A stretch of 64,000 bases of DNA, from positions 389,746-453,745 of the forward strand of contig RQSC01000020.1 in NCBI GenBank assembly GCA_013416795.1, given 5' to 3'. The position numbers and the translations under genes are program-made. This DNA is from Prasinococcaceae sp. CCMP 1430. Taxonomy: Eukaryota; Plantae; Prasinodermophyta. Each line of letters begins with the position of its first letter. Position 1 is the first letter of the stretch. Shown piece by piece: positions 32,235 to 42,375 of this stretch. The notes under the pieces are model-generated. The model saw nothing but the letters and a program-made list of their open reading frames with translations. It was not told the DNA's origin and did no database searches.

Positions 32235-35200
32235 TTATGCCTGCTTGCGCTTCTTGCGCGCGCGCTCGCCGCCCGCTCCGCCGCCGCCGCCCGCGCCCCT
32301 CTTTGCGGCGTTCTCGATGAGCTTGTCCACCACGGCGCGGATCTTCTCCTTGCGGCGCCCCGTGAGGTAGCGCGCGGCCCCGGCGGGGTCCGCGCCCCCC
32401 GCGGCACCCGCCGAGGCCGCGAGCACCTTGGCGGCGGCCTTGTCGGTGAGCTCGTCGTACAGGCGGTGCGAGAGCGCCTTGGACTTGTAGTGGGGGCGCA
32501 GCACGCTGCGCACGTAGTTGCGCACGAGCTCCCCCACGCCGCTGCTGACGTTGACCGCCCCAGCTGCCGCGCCCGCGCCCGCCGCCAAGGCGGAGACGGG
32601 CGCACCCGCGCCCGCGTCGCCCGCAGCCGCCTCCCCGCCTTCGCCCTCAGCACCCCCTCCGACGTTATCCTCCTCCCTGTCACCCCCCTCCCCCTCCTTG
32701 CCCTCGCGCCTTTCCCCCTCCCTCCGCGCGCGCTTCTCTTCGCGCTTCTCCTCGCGCCGCGCCGCGCGCGCCTCGTCGCGCGCTCGCCGCCGCTCTTCCT
32801 TGGCCGCGCGGCGAGCGGCGCGCTCCTCCTCGGTGGCGGGCGCCGCGTCGGCCCCCTCGGCGCCCTCGGCGGCGTCGGCCCTGCGCGCCTCCTTGAGCCT
32901 GTCGCGCACCTCGCGCGACGCCTTGCGGAACTTGCGCGCCTTGGAGTTCTTGGGGTCGACGAAGCCGTCGAAGTCGACCAAGGTGGGCAGCACGATGGGC
33001 GCAGTGCGCTCCTCGCGCTCCTCGGCGTCGGCGTCAGCCGCCGCCGCAGCGGCGGCGGCCGCCGCCTCAGCGAGGCGCGCCTTCTCGAGCGCCTCGATCA
33101 CCCTGGGGTCCCGCTCGACGTGCGCACCCACCTCGGCGTCGAGCTCCGCGCGCGCGCGCCGCGAGGCCTCCGCCGCGTGCTGGCGGCGCTTGAGCTGCTC
33201 CGGATCCTCGCGGTATCCATCTGCCGTCTCGAAGTCCACCTGCACGTCCTCGAGCGTGCGCGCCCAGCGCGCGAGCGCGTTCGTCGCCGACGCCTTGAGG
33301 ACCTTAGCGTCCTTTGCGTCCGCCAGCGCAGCGCCGGCGACCTCTACGAGCTTGAGCCAATCAGTGAGGCCCCTCTCCGCCTTGGCCTCGGCGCACGCCA
33401 CGTGAGCGGCGTCCGCGATGTTGTACAAGAGCCCGACGAGCTTCTCGGCCACGGCCATCGAGTCGTACGCGATGCTCTTATCGAGCCAGCGGGCGACGGC
33501 CTTGACGAAGTGCCTGTCCTTCACGAGGGTGCGAACCTCGGGCCTGGCGAGGGGCGCATCCTTCCCACGCGCGCTCAGGCAGACGGCGAGCATGCGCGCG
33601 AGCTCGAGCTGCACACCCGCTGACTTTGGCATTCCGCCGCGGCACACCAGGTCGTGCAGCGCCTCGAGCCTCTCGACGGATTTGTCGGCGCCGGCCGCGC
33701 GTTTGTACAGTGTCTTCAGCTCCACCTGCTCGGCCACGCTCTTGTCACTCTCGTTGTTGCCGGCAAGGATATCCAACGTCACGGCCGCGTCGGTGCCCCG
33801 ACCGTCAGCGACTGCGTGGACCGTGTCGACGCCGCGCTCGCGCTGCTCCTTGGTGCTGGCGTAAAAATCGTCCATAGTCACGCCACCACAAAGATTTGCC
33901 GAGCTCTTCGCGCTGTCGGGCAACGCGTCGAGGAAGTTGGCCGTGATCCGCGCCGCCTCGCGCAGCCCGCTGAGGACGGCACCGCCAACTGTATCGGGGT
34001 GCTCCTTGCACGTGTGCTCCCCGGCGAAGTACACCTGCTTCTTCAGCGGTGCCATCAGCCTGTCGTAGTCGAGGTACGACGCGCCAATGCCAGTGCTTGA
34101 ATACGAGCCCATCGCGAACGGGTCTGAACCCCAGTCAGTGACGTGCCAAGCGATTGGGTCCGGCACGGTCTCGCGGGAGAAGATGGTGCGAAGGACCTTG
34201 AGTGCATGCTCCTTGGCGGCTTCGCCGCCACCGGGCCGCAGTGCAGCATGTGCGGCCTCGCCGGCGAGCAGCGTCGTCAATATCGGCTTTCCGTGCACGA
34301 GCTCGCCGTTCCAGAACATGAAGCAGCGCCCAGCGACGGAGCTTGTGAGCGATGCGCCGTCGAAAGCTTCCACGCCGCGGTCAGCGTCGTCGTCGCTGTC
34401 GCTGTCACCATCCGTCCTCTTCGCCGCCTCAGCAGCCTCGGCGCCTGCACCTTCCTCAGGCTCGGCGACCACGCTGACCATGGGTCCAGCGAATGCCGGA
34501 TGATCCTTCCAGAAAGACTGCGGGAATTCGAGCACCAGCTTTTCAAGCCCGCCACAGCAGAGCTTGTCAATGGCATTGCGCTTCGCGCGCGGCAACGGTG
34601 GGTCAAACTCGATCGAGCCGGCCTTGAGCACGCCCAGTGGTACCGTGACAAGGACCGCATCGCACAAGATCTCCTCCGGCTCGTCGTTGCCTCCGGCGCC
34701 CGTGCGGGATGCCAACACGCTCACCGCCCTGCCACCGCTGGTCTCGCCATCCACCCACGCGATCTCCTTTACGATCTTTCCGTGTCGGATGTCGAGGCCC
34801 TCCGCCATGCGCTCCGCCATCGTAGACCAGCCCCCCCCGATCATGCAATGCTCCCCGCCGAAGGCGCCGAAGATTTCGTCGTCGTTCCAGTGGTGCAAGC
34901 TGAGGGCTCCGAGCTTCTCCGAGCATCCGTACTCGAGGTGGGCCAGGTGCCACTCAAACAGCCTGTCAACGATGTCCTTGACCTCGTCAGTGACCACTCC
35001 CTCGGCCACGATCGTCACCCCGTCGGGAGCGACAGCACTCTCCTTGGTGACAGCCGCTGCGCCTGTCGCCGCAGCCTCAGCAGCCTCACTCGCGCCCCCA
35101 TTAGGGGTCTCCACCTCCATGGCACCGCCCGCCTCGGCGAGTGCGTCGCCCTCCGCCTTCGCGCGCGTCTGCGATTCCTTGCCCATGAGCTTGGCCACCT

Positions 35201-36773
35201 TCACGAGGGTTGCACCCCTGCGTCGCATCCAAGCCGTGCGCAGTGCTGGCTCCAGAGAGGTGTCCTCCGCGCCACGCCTCGTAGCGGCGTCGGCCACAGC
35301 CCGCAAGTCATCGCACACAGCGTTGAACGCCTCAAATACAACGTCGTCAACGGCGGCATCGATCTGCTTGCCGTCGCGCGCGTCGAAAATGGGCAGCGCA
35401 CCCTTCGGGAGTGTATGCATCGATAACCCCGCCTGCTTGCAGAATGCAGTCGAGGGATCCGGCCTCTTTTCGTAGCCAGTGTCTTTCTCAATGTCCGCGG
35501 CGGTGCCGGTTATGAGGCTGGCGCCCAACTCGACCGGGGCGCTGAAGGTCCCTCGCTCGGTGTGTATCCTGCCGCCAACTCGGCCCCTGGCCTCCAGCAC
35601 GATGCACGCGGCCCCGCGGCGCTGCAGCATGCGCGCCGCAGCCAGTCCTGCTGCCCCCGCGCCGACCACCACAACGAGCCGCGAGCGAAGGGCCTTCTGC
35701 GGGGCACCGATCTTTTTCGCACCGAGCGAATCCGCCGGCGTGCGGCGCTCCCAATCGGCGATCACCCCGGCGCGGCCCTCGTCGGCGCTGATGCTGTTGT
35801 TCACCGTGCAGTGCTGGTTGAGGAACGCGAGGAGGTGTTGCACAAGCTCCTCGCGCACCTCGGGCTCGCCGAGCACGGCCGATCCCGCGAGTTTGTCCAT
35901 GGCCACCGAGTATGCGTCCTCGTAGGAAAGGGCCTTTCCCGCATTGGCCGCAGTGAGGTCGGCGAAGAGCACGGCGTTGCGGGCCTCGGTTATCTCCACG
36001 CGCGTGGTCCGCCCCTTGCACCATTCCGCGAGCGCCGATCGCTCGGCGAAGCAGAGCTCGTTCGACGGGAAGCCGGCGCTCGCAGCGATCAGGCGCAGCT
36101 CATCGGTCACGCGGGCCTCGCCCGCGCTTGCAGCGGCATCCCCTGCGGCGACGCGGTGCGCGTACCGGCCCTCCCTCTTCCGCCGCCTCGGTTGGCCCAG
36201 CCCCTGCCCCTGCTGCTGCCCCTGCTGCTGCTGCTCCGTCCGTCGGGCAAGCTCGAGCCGAGCCTCGGCACTGGCATCGTCCTCGTCGTCCTCCAAGTGA
36301 GCGCCACCATCCATGAGCTCGCCCTCCACGGCGTCTTCGAGGATCTCGTCCGCTCCTGCTGCAGCACCGCCACCAGTACCGACCGCGGGAGAACCTTCCG
36401 TCACATCAGCGCCCCCGGCATCGGCAATCACACCGGCAGTTTCCGTTGCCGCACCCTCTGCCCCTCCTCCCACGGGCGCGAGCTCGTCAGTGGCACCTCC
36501 ATCGCCCTGCACTGCTGCCGCATCACCGCCCGCATCTGCGTCTGCGTCCCCATCTGCCGCAGCGCCATCATCAGGGGAGCCGCTGCCGCCTCCACCGCTG
36601 GCCCCTCCAAGCTGCTCGCCCGCCGGCGGCGCGCTCGCGCCCCGCGCGTCGTCGTCGGCGGCGGCCGCCCCGTGCCGCTCGAGGTACGCAGCGACCTCCT
36701 CCTTGACGACGCGCTTGAAGTCCGGGTCGCCGGCGGCGGCCGCGCCGACGCGCTCGGCGACGGCGCCGCGCAC
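32235..36773 (-). CDS. LDL3: LSD1-family lysine-specific histone demethylase, LDL3-like (SWIRM-like, FAD amine oxidase, helical TFIIS-N-like region, C-terminal SRI-like domain); true start lost near the N at 36835
   Basis: VVVVGAGAAGLAAA, LEARGRVGGR, VELGAS, WHLAHLEYGC, FGGEHCMI.GG, TVPLGVLK, LEKLVLEF (catalytic Lys position), FAGEHTCKEHPDTVGGA; tail VRSVLRPHYK...KEKIRAVVDK. Confidence 0.9.
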   Translation of the reverse strand: MRGAVAERVGAAAAGDPDFKRVVKEEVAAYLERHGAAAADDDARGASAPPAGEQLGGASGGGGSGSPDDGAAADGDADADAGGDAAAVQGDGGATDELAPVGGGAEGAATETAGVIADAGGADVTEGSPAVGTGGGAAAGADEILEDAVEGELMDGGAHLEDDEDDASAEARLELARRTEQQQQGQQQGQGLGQPRRRKREGRYAHRVAAGDAAASAGEARVTDELRLIAASAGFPSNELCFAERSALAEWCKGRTTRVEITEARNAVLFADLTAANAGKALSYEDAYSVAMDKLAGSAVLGEPEVREELVQHLLAFLNQHCTVNNSISADEGRAGVIADWERRTPADSLGAKKIGAPQKALRSRLVVVVGAGAAGLAAARMLQRRGAACIVLEARGRVGGRIHTERGTFSAPVELGASLITGTAADIEKDTGYEKRPDPSTAFCKQAGLSMHTLPKGALPIFDARDGKQIDAAVDDVVFEAFNAVCDDLRAVADAATRRGAEDTSLEPALRTAWMRRRGATLVKVAKLMGKESQTRAKAEGDALAEAGGAMEVETPNGGASEAAEAAATGAAAVTKESAVAPDGVTIVAEGVVTDEVKDIVDRLFEWHLAHLEYGCSEKLGALSLHHWNDDEIFGAFGGEHCMIGGGWSTMAERMAEGLDIRHGKIVKEIAWVDGETSGGRAVSVLASRTGAGGNDEPEEILCDAVLVTVPLGVLKAGSIEFDPPLPRAKRNAIDKLCCGGLEKLVLEFPQSFWKDHPAFAGPMVSVVAEPEEGAGAEAAEAAKRTDGDSDSDDDADRGVEAFDGASLTSSVAGRCFMFWNGELVHGKPILTTLLAGEAAHAALRPGGGEAAKEHALKVLRTIFSRETVPDPIAWHVTDWGSDPFAMGSYSSTGIGASYLDYDRLMAPLKKQVYFAGEHTCKEHPDTVGGAVLSGLREAARITANFLDALPDSAKSSANLCGGVTMDDFYASTKEQRERGVDTVHAVADGRGTDAAVTLDILAGNNESDKSVAEQVELKTLYKRAAGADKSVERLEALHDLVCRGGMPKSAGVQLELARMLAVCLSARGKDAPLARPEVRTLVKDRHFVKAVARWLDKSIAYDSMAVAEKLVGLLYNIADAAHVACAEAKAERGLTDWLKLVEVAGAALADAKDAKVLKASATNALARWARTLEDVQVDFETADGYREDPEQLKRRQHAAEASRRARAELDAEVGAHVERDPRVIEALEKARLAEAAAAAAAAAADADAEEREERTAPIVLPTLVDFDGFVDPKNSKARKFRKASREVRDRLKEARRADAAEGAEGADAAPATEEERAARRAAKEERRRARDEARAARREEKREEKRARREGERREGKEGEGGDREEDNVGGGAEGEGGEAAAGDAGAGAPVSALAAGAGAAAGAVNVSSGVGELVRNYVRSVLRPHYKSKALSHRLYDELTDKAAAKVLAASAGAAGGADPAGAARYLTGRRKEKIRAVVDKLIENAAKRGAGGGGGAGGERARKKRKQA

Positions 36774-36835
36774 GTCGCGCTCGCCGTCGTCTCCGTCGCG
36801 CTACGCCGCGCATCCAAGTCTGCGGCGTCCTCATN

Positions 36836-37088
36836 CGCCGCGGCCGACGCCGGCGGCGTGCGCACGCCCGCCGACTTCCTGCGGTCGATCCGCGGGCGGC
36901 CCGTGCGCGTCAAGCTCTCGTCGGGCGCCGACTACCGCGGCACGCTCGCGTGCCTCGACGGGTACATGAACATCGCCATGGAGCAGACGGAGGAGTACGT
37001 CGCGGGGGAGCTCAAGAACAAGTACGGCGACGCGTTCATCAGGGGAAACAACGTGGTGTACATCAGCTGCTCGACGAAGGCCGCGTAG
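36836..37088 (+). CDS. LSM6: U6 snRNA-associated Sm-like protein LSm6 (start codon lost at the N)
   Basis: TPADFLRSIRGRPVRVKLSSGADYRGTLACLDGYMNIAMEQTEEY...KYGDAFIRGNNVVYIS. Confidence 0.96.
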
Positions 37089-37514
37089 GGCGCGCAGTGT
37101 CCCGCGCCACGCCGAGCTGTGCCACGACGCCGCGGCGCACGCCGACCCGCGGAGCGCTGCACTTAATAGATCCAAGGGGTGGTGTAGTCATCGCGAGGCC
37201 GCCGGGGGGAGGTGGAGGGCGGGGGTGTCGGTGCGCAGGCCCGCGCGCTGGTGCCGACGCCCGTTCCGCGTCCAGGGCGCATGCGTGTGTGCACACCTAG
37301 CGAGGGCACAGCCCCCTCGCGTTGCGGACGAGGCGTGCGTGGCCACGCATCACGCGGGGTTGGTGCGTGCGTGCGCTCTGTCCGCTGCAGCTACCAGTTC
37401 GCGCGCCGCGCGTGGAGGTGGCCTGCGTGGCTTCCGAAGGTTTCGTATGTGTACAGGGCGCACTCCCGCCGCTTGCCTGAGGCCAGGGTCGCGATCTCTC
37501 ACGCACGCAGGCGC

Positions 37515-38854
37515 TCAGCGCTCCCACTCGCGCGAGCGCTGCGCGCCGGCGGAACCCGGCGGGGGAGGCGGCCTCGGCAGGCCACCACCACCAGAACCGG
37601 CGCCCGCGCCCGTGCCAGCGCCGCCTGGGCCGCCGCCATAGCGCTGCGGCGCGGTGGGCGCCCCGTGCTGTCCCGGCCCGCCTCGGTAACCCTGGCCGTA
37701 CCCACCTTGTCCATAACCCTGCGGCCCTGTGCCGTAGCCGTGATGAGGCCCGCCCGGGGCACCGTGGGGCGGCATGCCGTGCGAGTGCCACCGTTGCGGC
37801 GGTCCGCCGCCGTGCATGCCGTGGGGTGGCATGCCACCGTGTGGCACGCCGGCATCCACGTGCGGGGCGCGCGCATCTGCGCGCGGGTCGCCCCTCTGAT
37901 CGCCGCGCGGGTCTGCGCGCGCGTCGCGCTCGCGGTCGCGGTCCATGACAGTCCCTTGCCACCCACCGCCATGCACGCTGTGCCCGCTGTGGCCACCGTG
38001 CCATCCATGCCCGTGCTGTGGCCCAGGTGCACCGCCCATTGATCCTCCGTAGCCCCCACTGTGCGTGGCGTGGGCGGGCGGAGGTGGCGGCCCTGGCAAG
38101 GGCGTGCGGCCGGCCATCGCGCCGTGCGGCCCCCCTGCACCGCCAGGCTGCACCTTGGGCGAGATCGACGCCGGGGGCGTCAGAGCGGGCGGCGCGCCCG
38201 GCGTGGGCGCGCCCGGTGTAGGTCCGACGGTCGGCGACGCAGCCGCTGCCTTCTTCCTGCGCGCGTCGTCGTCGCGGATCGTGCGTTTGAGCGACAGCAC
38301 GAGCGCATGTTTCGAGCGCTGCATCTCAGAGATCTCTGCCTCGAGCTGCGCCAGGTTGTGGCAGGTGCAGAGAGAGGTGGGTAAGGGGAGGGGTTTCGCA
38401 AAGCGGGCGCGGGTGGGCAGCGCGTGCATTGGGCGATGCGAGGGCGCCGCGGCGAGGGCGTCAGCGCGCGTGCCGCCGGCGCTAGGGCGAGCGGCGGCGG
38501 CCGGCAGACGTCACCGCGCAATGAAGGGTGACAGCGAGGCGATGTCGCTGCTGGCCTCACCTTCACGATCTGCGACGTCGCCTCCTTGTCAATCTCGGGG
38601 CCGGCTTCTTCCGCCTCCTCATCCTCGTCATCGAGTCTGTCGAGCTCCTTGCGGATGCGCCGCATCTCAGCGGTCTCGCTGCCGCCGCCACTCTGCGAAG
38701 CCCTGCCACCCCCGCGCCGCCGTGACTCGCGGCGCGCCGCACGGTCGCTGCGCTCTTTCTCCTGTCGTGCCGTCATTGCGTCCGAGCCTGACGCCGTCTG
38801 TTCGCGCGCGGCCACGCCGCGGCGCGCGGGCCACTCCGGTAGAGCTGCGGCCAT
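37515..38854 (-). CDS. Hypothetical protein with an acidic coiled-coil N-terminus and a Pro/Gly/His-rich low-complexity C-terminus; intron ~38353-38560
   Basis: 'MRRIRKELDRLDDEDEEAEE...SQIVK' then 'LEAEISEMQRSKHALVLSLK' followed by a prion-like GYGQ/PPHG region; start uncertain. Confidence 0.55.
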
Positions 38855-38925
38855 CTCGGGATTCCCCCACGCCGCCTCTGCGAGGGGCGCGGAGGCGCGA
38901 CGCGAGCGAACCGGCGCGGCCGCAG

Positions 38926-40071
38926 GGTCAGCGCGCGCGCGAGCGCAAGCGCAGGGAGGCTCGCGCGGCGGCGGCACGCGCGCCGCGGTGCGCGGCAGGC
39001 GAGCCCGCGGAGGGCGCGGAGGAGGTGCCGTACGGCTCCGACGTCGATGCCAACCTGAGGCCCGACTGCTTCCTCGCGCTTGGCCTCGCGCACTGCTTCG
39101 CCCTCGACGCCGACGGCAAGCTGCAGGATGCCTTCGTGCTCGAGCCAATCCCGGCGGGCGCGTACGAGGCCATGCTCTGCGGCTCAAAGACGAGCTACAC
39201 GCACGTCGTTGGCGTCACGTGGGAGCAGGTGGAGGCCATGGACGTCGACAAGGTGCGTGCGGAAGACCCAGCGGACGACGAGGCGGATGCGCGCGCGAGC
39301 GCCGAGACGCCGGAGCGCGCGCGCGCCCGGCGACCCGCCCTTCTGGACGCCCGCACGCGCGGCACGGCCGCATGGTCCCGCTGTGTGGCGCATCGCTCGC
39401 TGACCCGTCGACGCGCGATCGCTCGCCGGATCGATCGACACGCACACACACCAACGCACGATCTCCCGCGGTCCACCTGCTCGCGCGCAGTTGCCCGAGG
39501 AGTTCCGCGCGGCGAGCTTCGCGGAAGACTTCGAGTTCCGCGCCAAGGCGGCGCTGCGCACGTGGCAGCGCCCGCATGCCATCGAGAAGCTCACGCCCGA
39601 GCTCGGCACCGGCGACGTGCGCGGCGGCGAGGACTTCAACTTCGACATCTCCAACAAGGTGAGAGTACACTCGCCCTCGCAGGCTCGCACGGGCGCCCGC
39701 GCGCAGGCTCGCACCCCACGCCAGCGGTGTGACCATCGCGCGCCCCCTCGCTCGCCCGCCCGCTCGCGCATGCTGACACGCGCGCCGCATTTGTGCCTGC
39801 CTGCGACGCGTGCCAACAATAGCGCGTGCTCAACCACGTGCACGAGGTCGACGACTCGGACAACATCAAGCAGGACATGTCCATCGACGTCTACGGCCGC
39901 GACAAGGACGAGAAGGTGCGTGCGTCGCCGGGCGCGCGGCGTGCGTGCGCCTGCGCTGCGCAACTGTGCGTGGGCGCTGACGAGCGCGTGCCGCACGTGA
40001 CCGCGCGATCCTGCCGTGTCACCCAGGCGACCAAGCCCGACGCATCCGTCGAGGAGCTGTACAACGCCTGA
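38926..40071 (+). CDS. Conserved hypothetical plastid protein resembling a cyanobacterial family; exons ..39252, 39491-39658, 39823-39915, 40027-40071; start unresolved
   Basis: LGLAHCF...VLEPIPA...TSY, LPEEF...EDF..R..A.RTW, DFNF...KRVLN.V.EV.DSDNIKQ; clean GT-AG introns in frame. The family resemblance is from memory. Confidence 0.7.
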
Positions 40072-40241
40072 TGTGTGGGAGAGGCTCGGAGGCGGCTCGC
40101 GCGCGGCAACGACGCCCTCCGCCCCCCAACGCATTTGCTATCACTCCGCGCGCGGACGCCCGCGCCGTAACTTTTGCCTCGAGCGCTACGCTCTGAGATG
40201 CTGCGCGCAATTGTGAACTGGAGGCACGCAGCGCACGGCGC

Positions 40242-40281
<40 letters not shown>

Positions 40282-40610
40282 TTCCCCGCCCGCAAATCGC
40301 GCGCCCCCGGAGGCGCCGCCGTTGTAGTGTCAAAAAATGAGTCGGCTCGTTTGAATGTGGAAGGGCACGCTGAGAGAGCAACGACAGCAACTGCGGAGTG
40401 CACGCGGGGCGCACGTGCCGCGAATGGCGGCGCCATCGCGTCACCGCCTATGCGCTGCGCCGCGCCTCCGCTGGCCTCTTCCTGGCCGACATTATCACCC
40501 TTGCGCGCGCGCGCCCTCGGGCGGGCGCGCGCCGCGCGCACCTACACCGCTACTTCACACCCCATCGCCGCATAACATACAACCACCGCCGCTGCCGATG
40601 CGCGCGTGGC

Positions 40611-41347
40611 TTAGTGGCCGCCGCCCTCCTTGATGCCCAGGAAGCGGTTGATCGGGTCGCCGCCGGTCGACGCAAGCGACCCGTAGACGACCGCAAACGC
40701 GATGCCGCCGACGATGCCCGGCGCGAGCGTCGTGAGGCCACGCGGGTTAATGAGCGGCTGTGCGCGCGCCGGCGTGGGTACGGGCGCGGTGCCGGCGAAC
40801 GTGGGCGTGCGGCCAATGGAGACTGGTCAGCTGTGTGCGCACACGCCGGGACGCGCTCTGGCGCGCGGCCGAAAGGGAGACACAACAAGTGCGCAGCGCC
40901 ACGAGGGCAGGGCAGGGGCCCGGCCCTCAACGCAGGCGGCCCCATGTAGAAGACATCCCACGGTTGCGCTGGCCGGCGCGAGGCTGCCGCCCATCTAGCA
41001 TGGGCACGCGGGGCGCGTCGGCTGCCGCTGGGTGCGCTGACTTAGGGTTGGGACCGCCAACCACCTGCCTCCTGCCTCGCCCGCTGCCATGCGGAGCGGC
41101 GGGAGCGCGCCTAGCTCCGCCGGGCGGAACGCGCGCGTCCTCATGGGTCACGCTAGGCAAGGCCCGCTCCCCACACACCACGCGCCCGCTCGCCCCCACC
41201 GCGCGGGCGCGCCGGCGCCCGGGGGCGCCCAGCGCGCCTGCTCGCGCGACGTACGTGCTTGCGCCACGCGGCGACGTTGGCGAACGGGCTCGTGCGGTTG
41301 GTGGGCTTGTACGTCGGCGACTCCAGGCCATACTTGGGGTCCGCCAT
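40611..41347 (-). CDS. NDUFB3: Mitochondrial complex I subunit B12/NDUFB3-like, 79 aa; exons 41347-41255 and 40757-40611
   Basis: Spliced product MADPKYGLESPTYKPTNRTSPFANVAAWRKH|PLINPRGLTTLAPGIVGGIAFAVVYGSL...GGGH*; WRKHP..PG followed by a single TM matches plant B12. Confidence 0.75.
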
Positions 41348-41786
41348 CGCGGGGCACGCGAGGGGGCGGGGGGGTGTTCGGGGAGTGGAGGGAGAGTGTG
41401 TGCGTGGGTCGGTGGTCGTGAGGGCAGGGGGCGCCGCGCCGCGCCCGCCGCGCGCGGTGTGGCGCGACGGCAAAAGCGAAACAGCGGAACTGCGCGCGAA
41501 TCCGAACCGCCCCAGAATCCTCCTGTGCGCTCTGATAGCACGCCCCGATACGCACGCCAATAAATAATGTTATGCTGACGCGAATTCGTGCTCCGTCGGA
41601 CACAGCGCGCTTTTTCTTTTTTTTGCGCATTTCGACCGAAATTCTCGCCTAAAAACGGCGCGGCGGCGCGCGGCGATTAGCACCCGTTCCCCGATTCGGA
41701 ACAGACCACCCCCCCCGATTCGGAACACGCCGCGAGCGCGCCACACGGCGGCGGCGGCGCGCGCCGGCGAGGGCGGCGCGACGGTC

Positions 41787-42098
41787 TTGGAGCGCTTCGC
41801 CAGGGAGAATCCGCAGGTGGAGGTTGTGGCCGAGGAGCGCAACGGCAAGCACCCGACAGCCGACGCCGAGTACATCAACGGTGCCACACGTACCGCGCCG
41901 TTGCGAAACTTCGACCCCGAGCTCATCCACGAGCACCTCAACCGGCTGCGCGACCACCACGGGCGCAAGATCACACGCGTGCGCAGACGCATCGATCGTG
42001 GTGCCACCTCGAGCGTGCAGGGCGCATGGCACGGCACCACGCACGGGGCGGGCGCGCAGCCCAGGCTTGATGGCTCCGAGCCCGGCGTGCGGAGATGA
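41787..42098 (+). CDS. MRPL43: Mitochondrial ribosomal protein mL43 (N-terminal part not found)
   Basis: FARENPQVEV...R.GKHP...AEYING..R...LRN...LR...GRK...SVQGAW. Confidence 0.85.
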   Translation: MERFARENPQVEVVAEERNGKHPTADAEYINGATRTAPLRNFDPELIHEHLNRLRDHHGRKITRVRRRIDRGATSSVQGAWHGTTHGAGAQPRLDGSEPGVRR

Positions 42099-42246
42099 GC
42101 GCGGCACCGCCGCCGCCACACGCCGCGATTCTTTCCACGCGTAACTCACCATTGAGGGCGTGCATGTGCATATCTTCGAGTTGCTGAGCCGAGCTGAGTG
42201 CGATTGCTAGTGTGATTACTTGACTGCGTGTGCACGCGCGCATGCA

Positions 42247-42302
<56 letters not shown>

Positions 42303-42375
42303 CACGCGCGCGCGCGCGCGCTTTGCGTGTGCATGTGCACTCGCCTGCGACTGCGGCAGGCACCGCGATTTGACT

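Noticed and set aside
40244-40281. Poly-C/G-quadruplex element
   Set aside because: A homopolymer of unreliable length in a draft assembly, with no supporting context.
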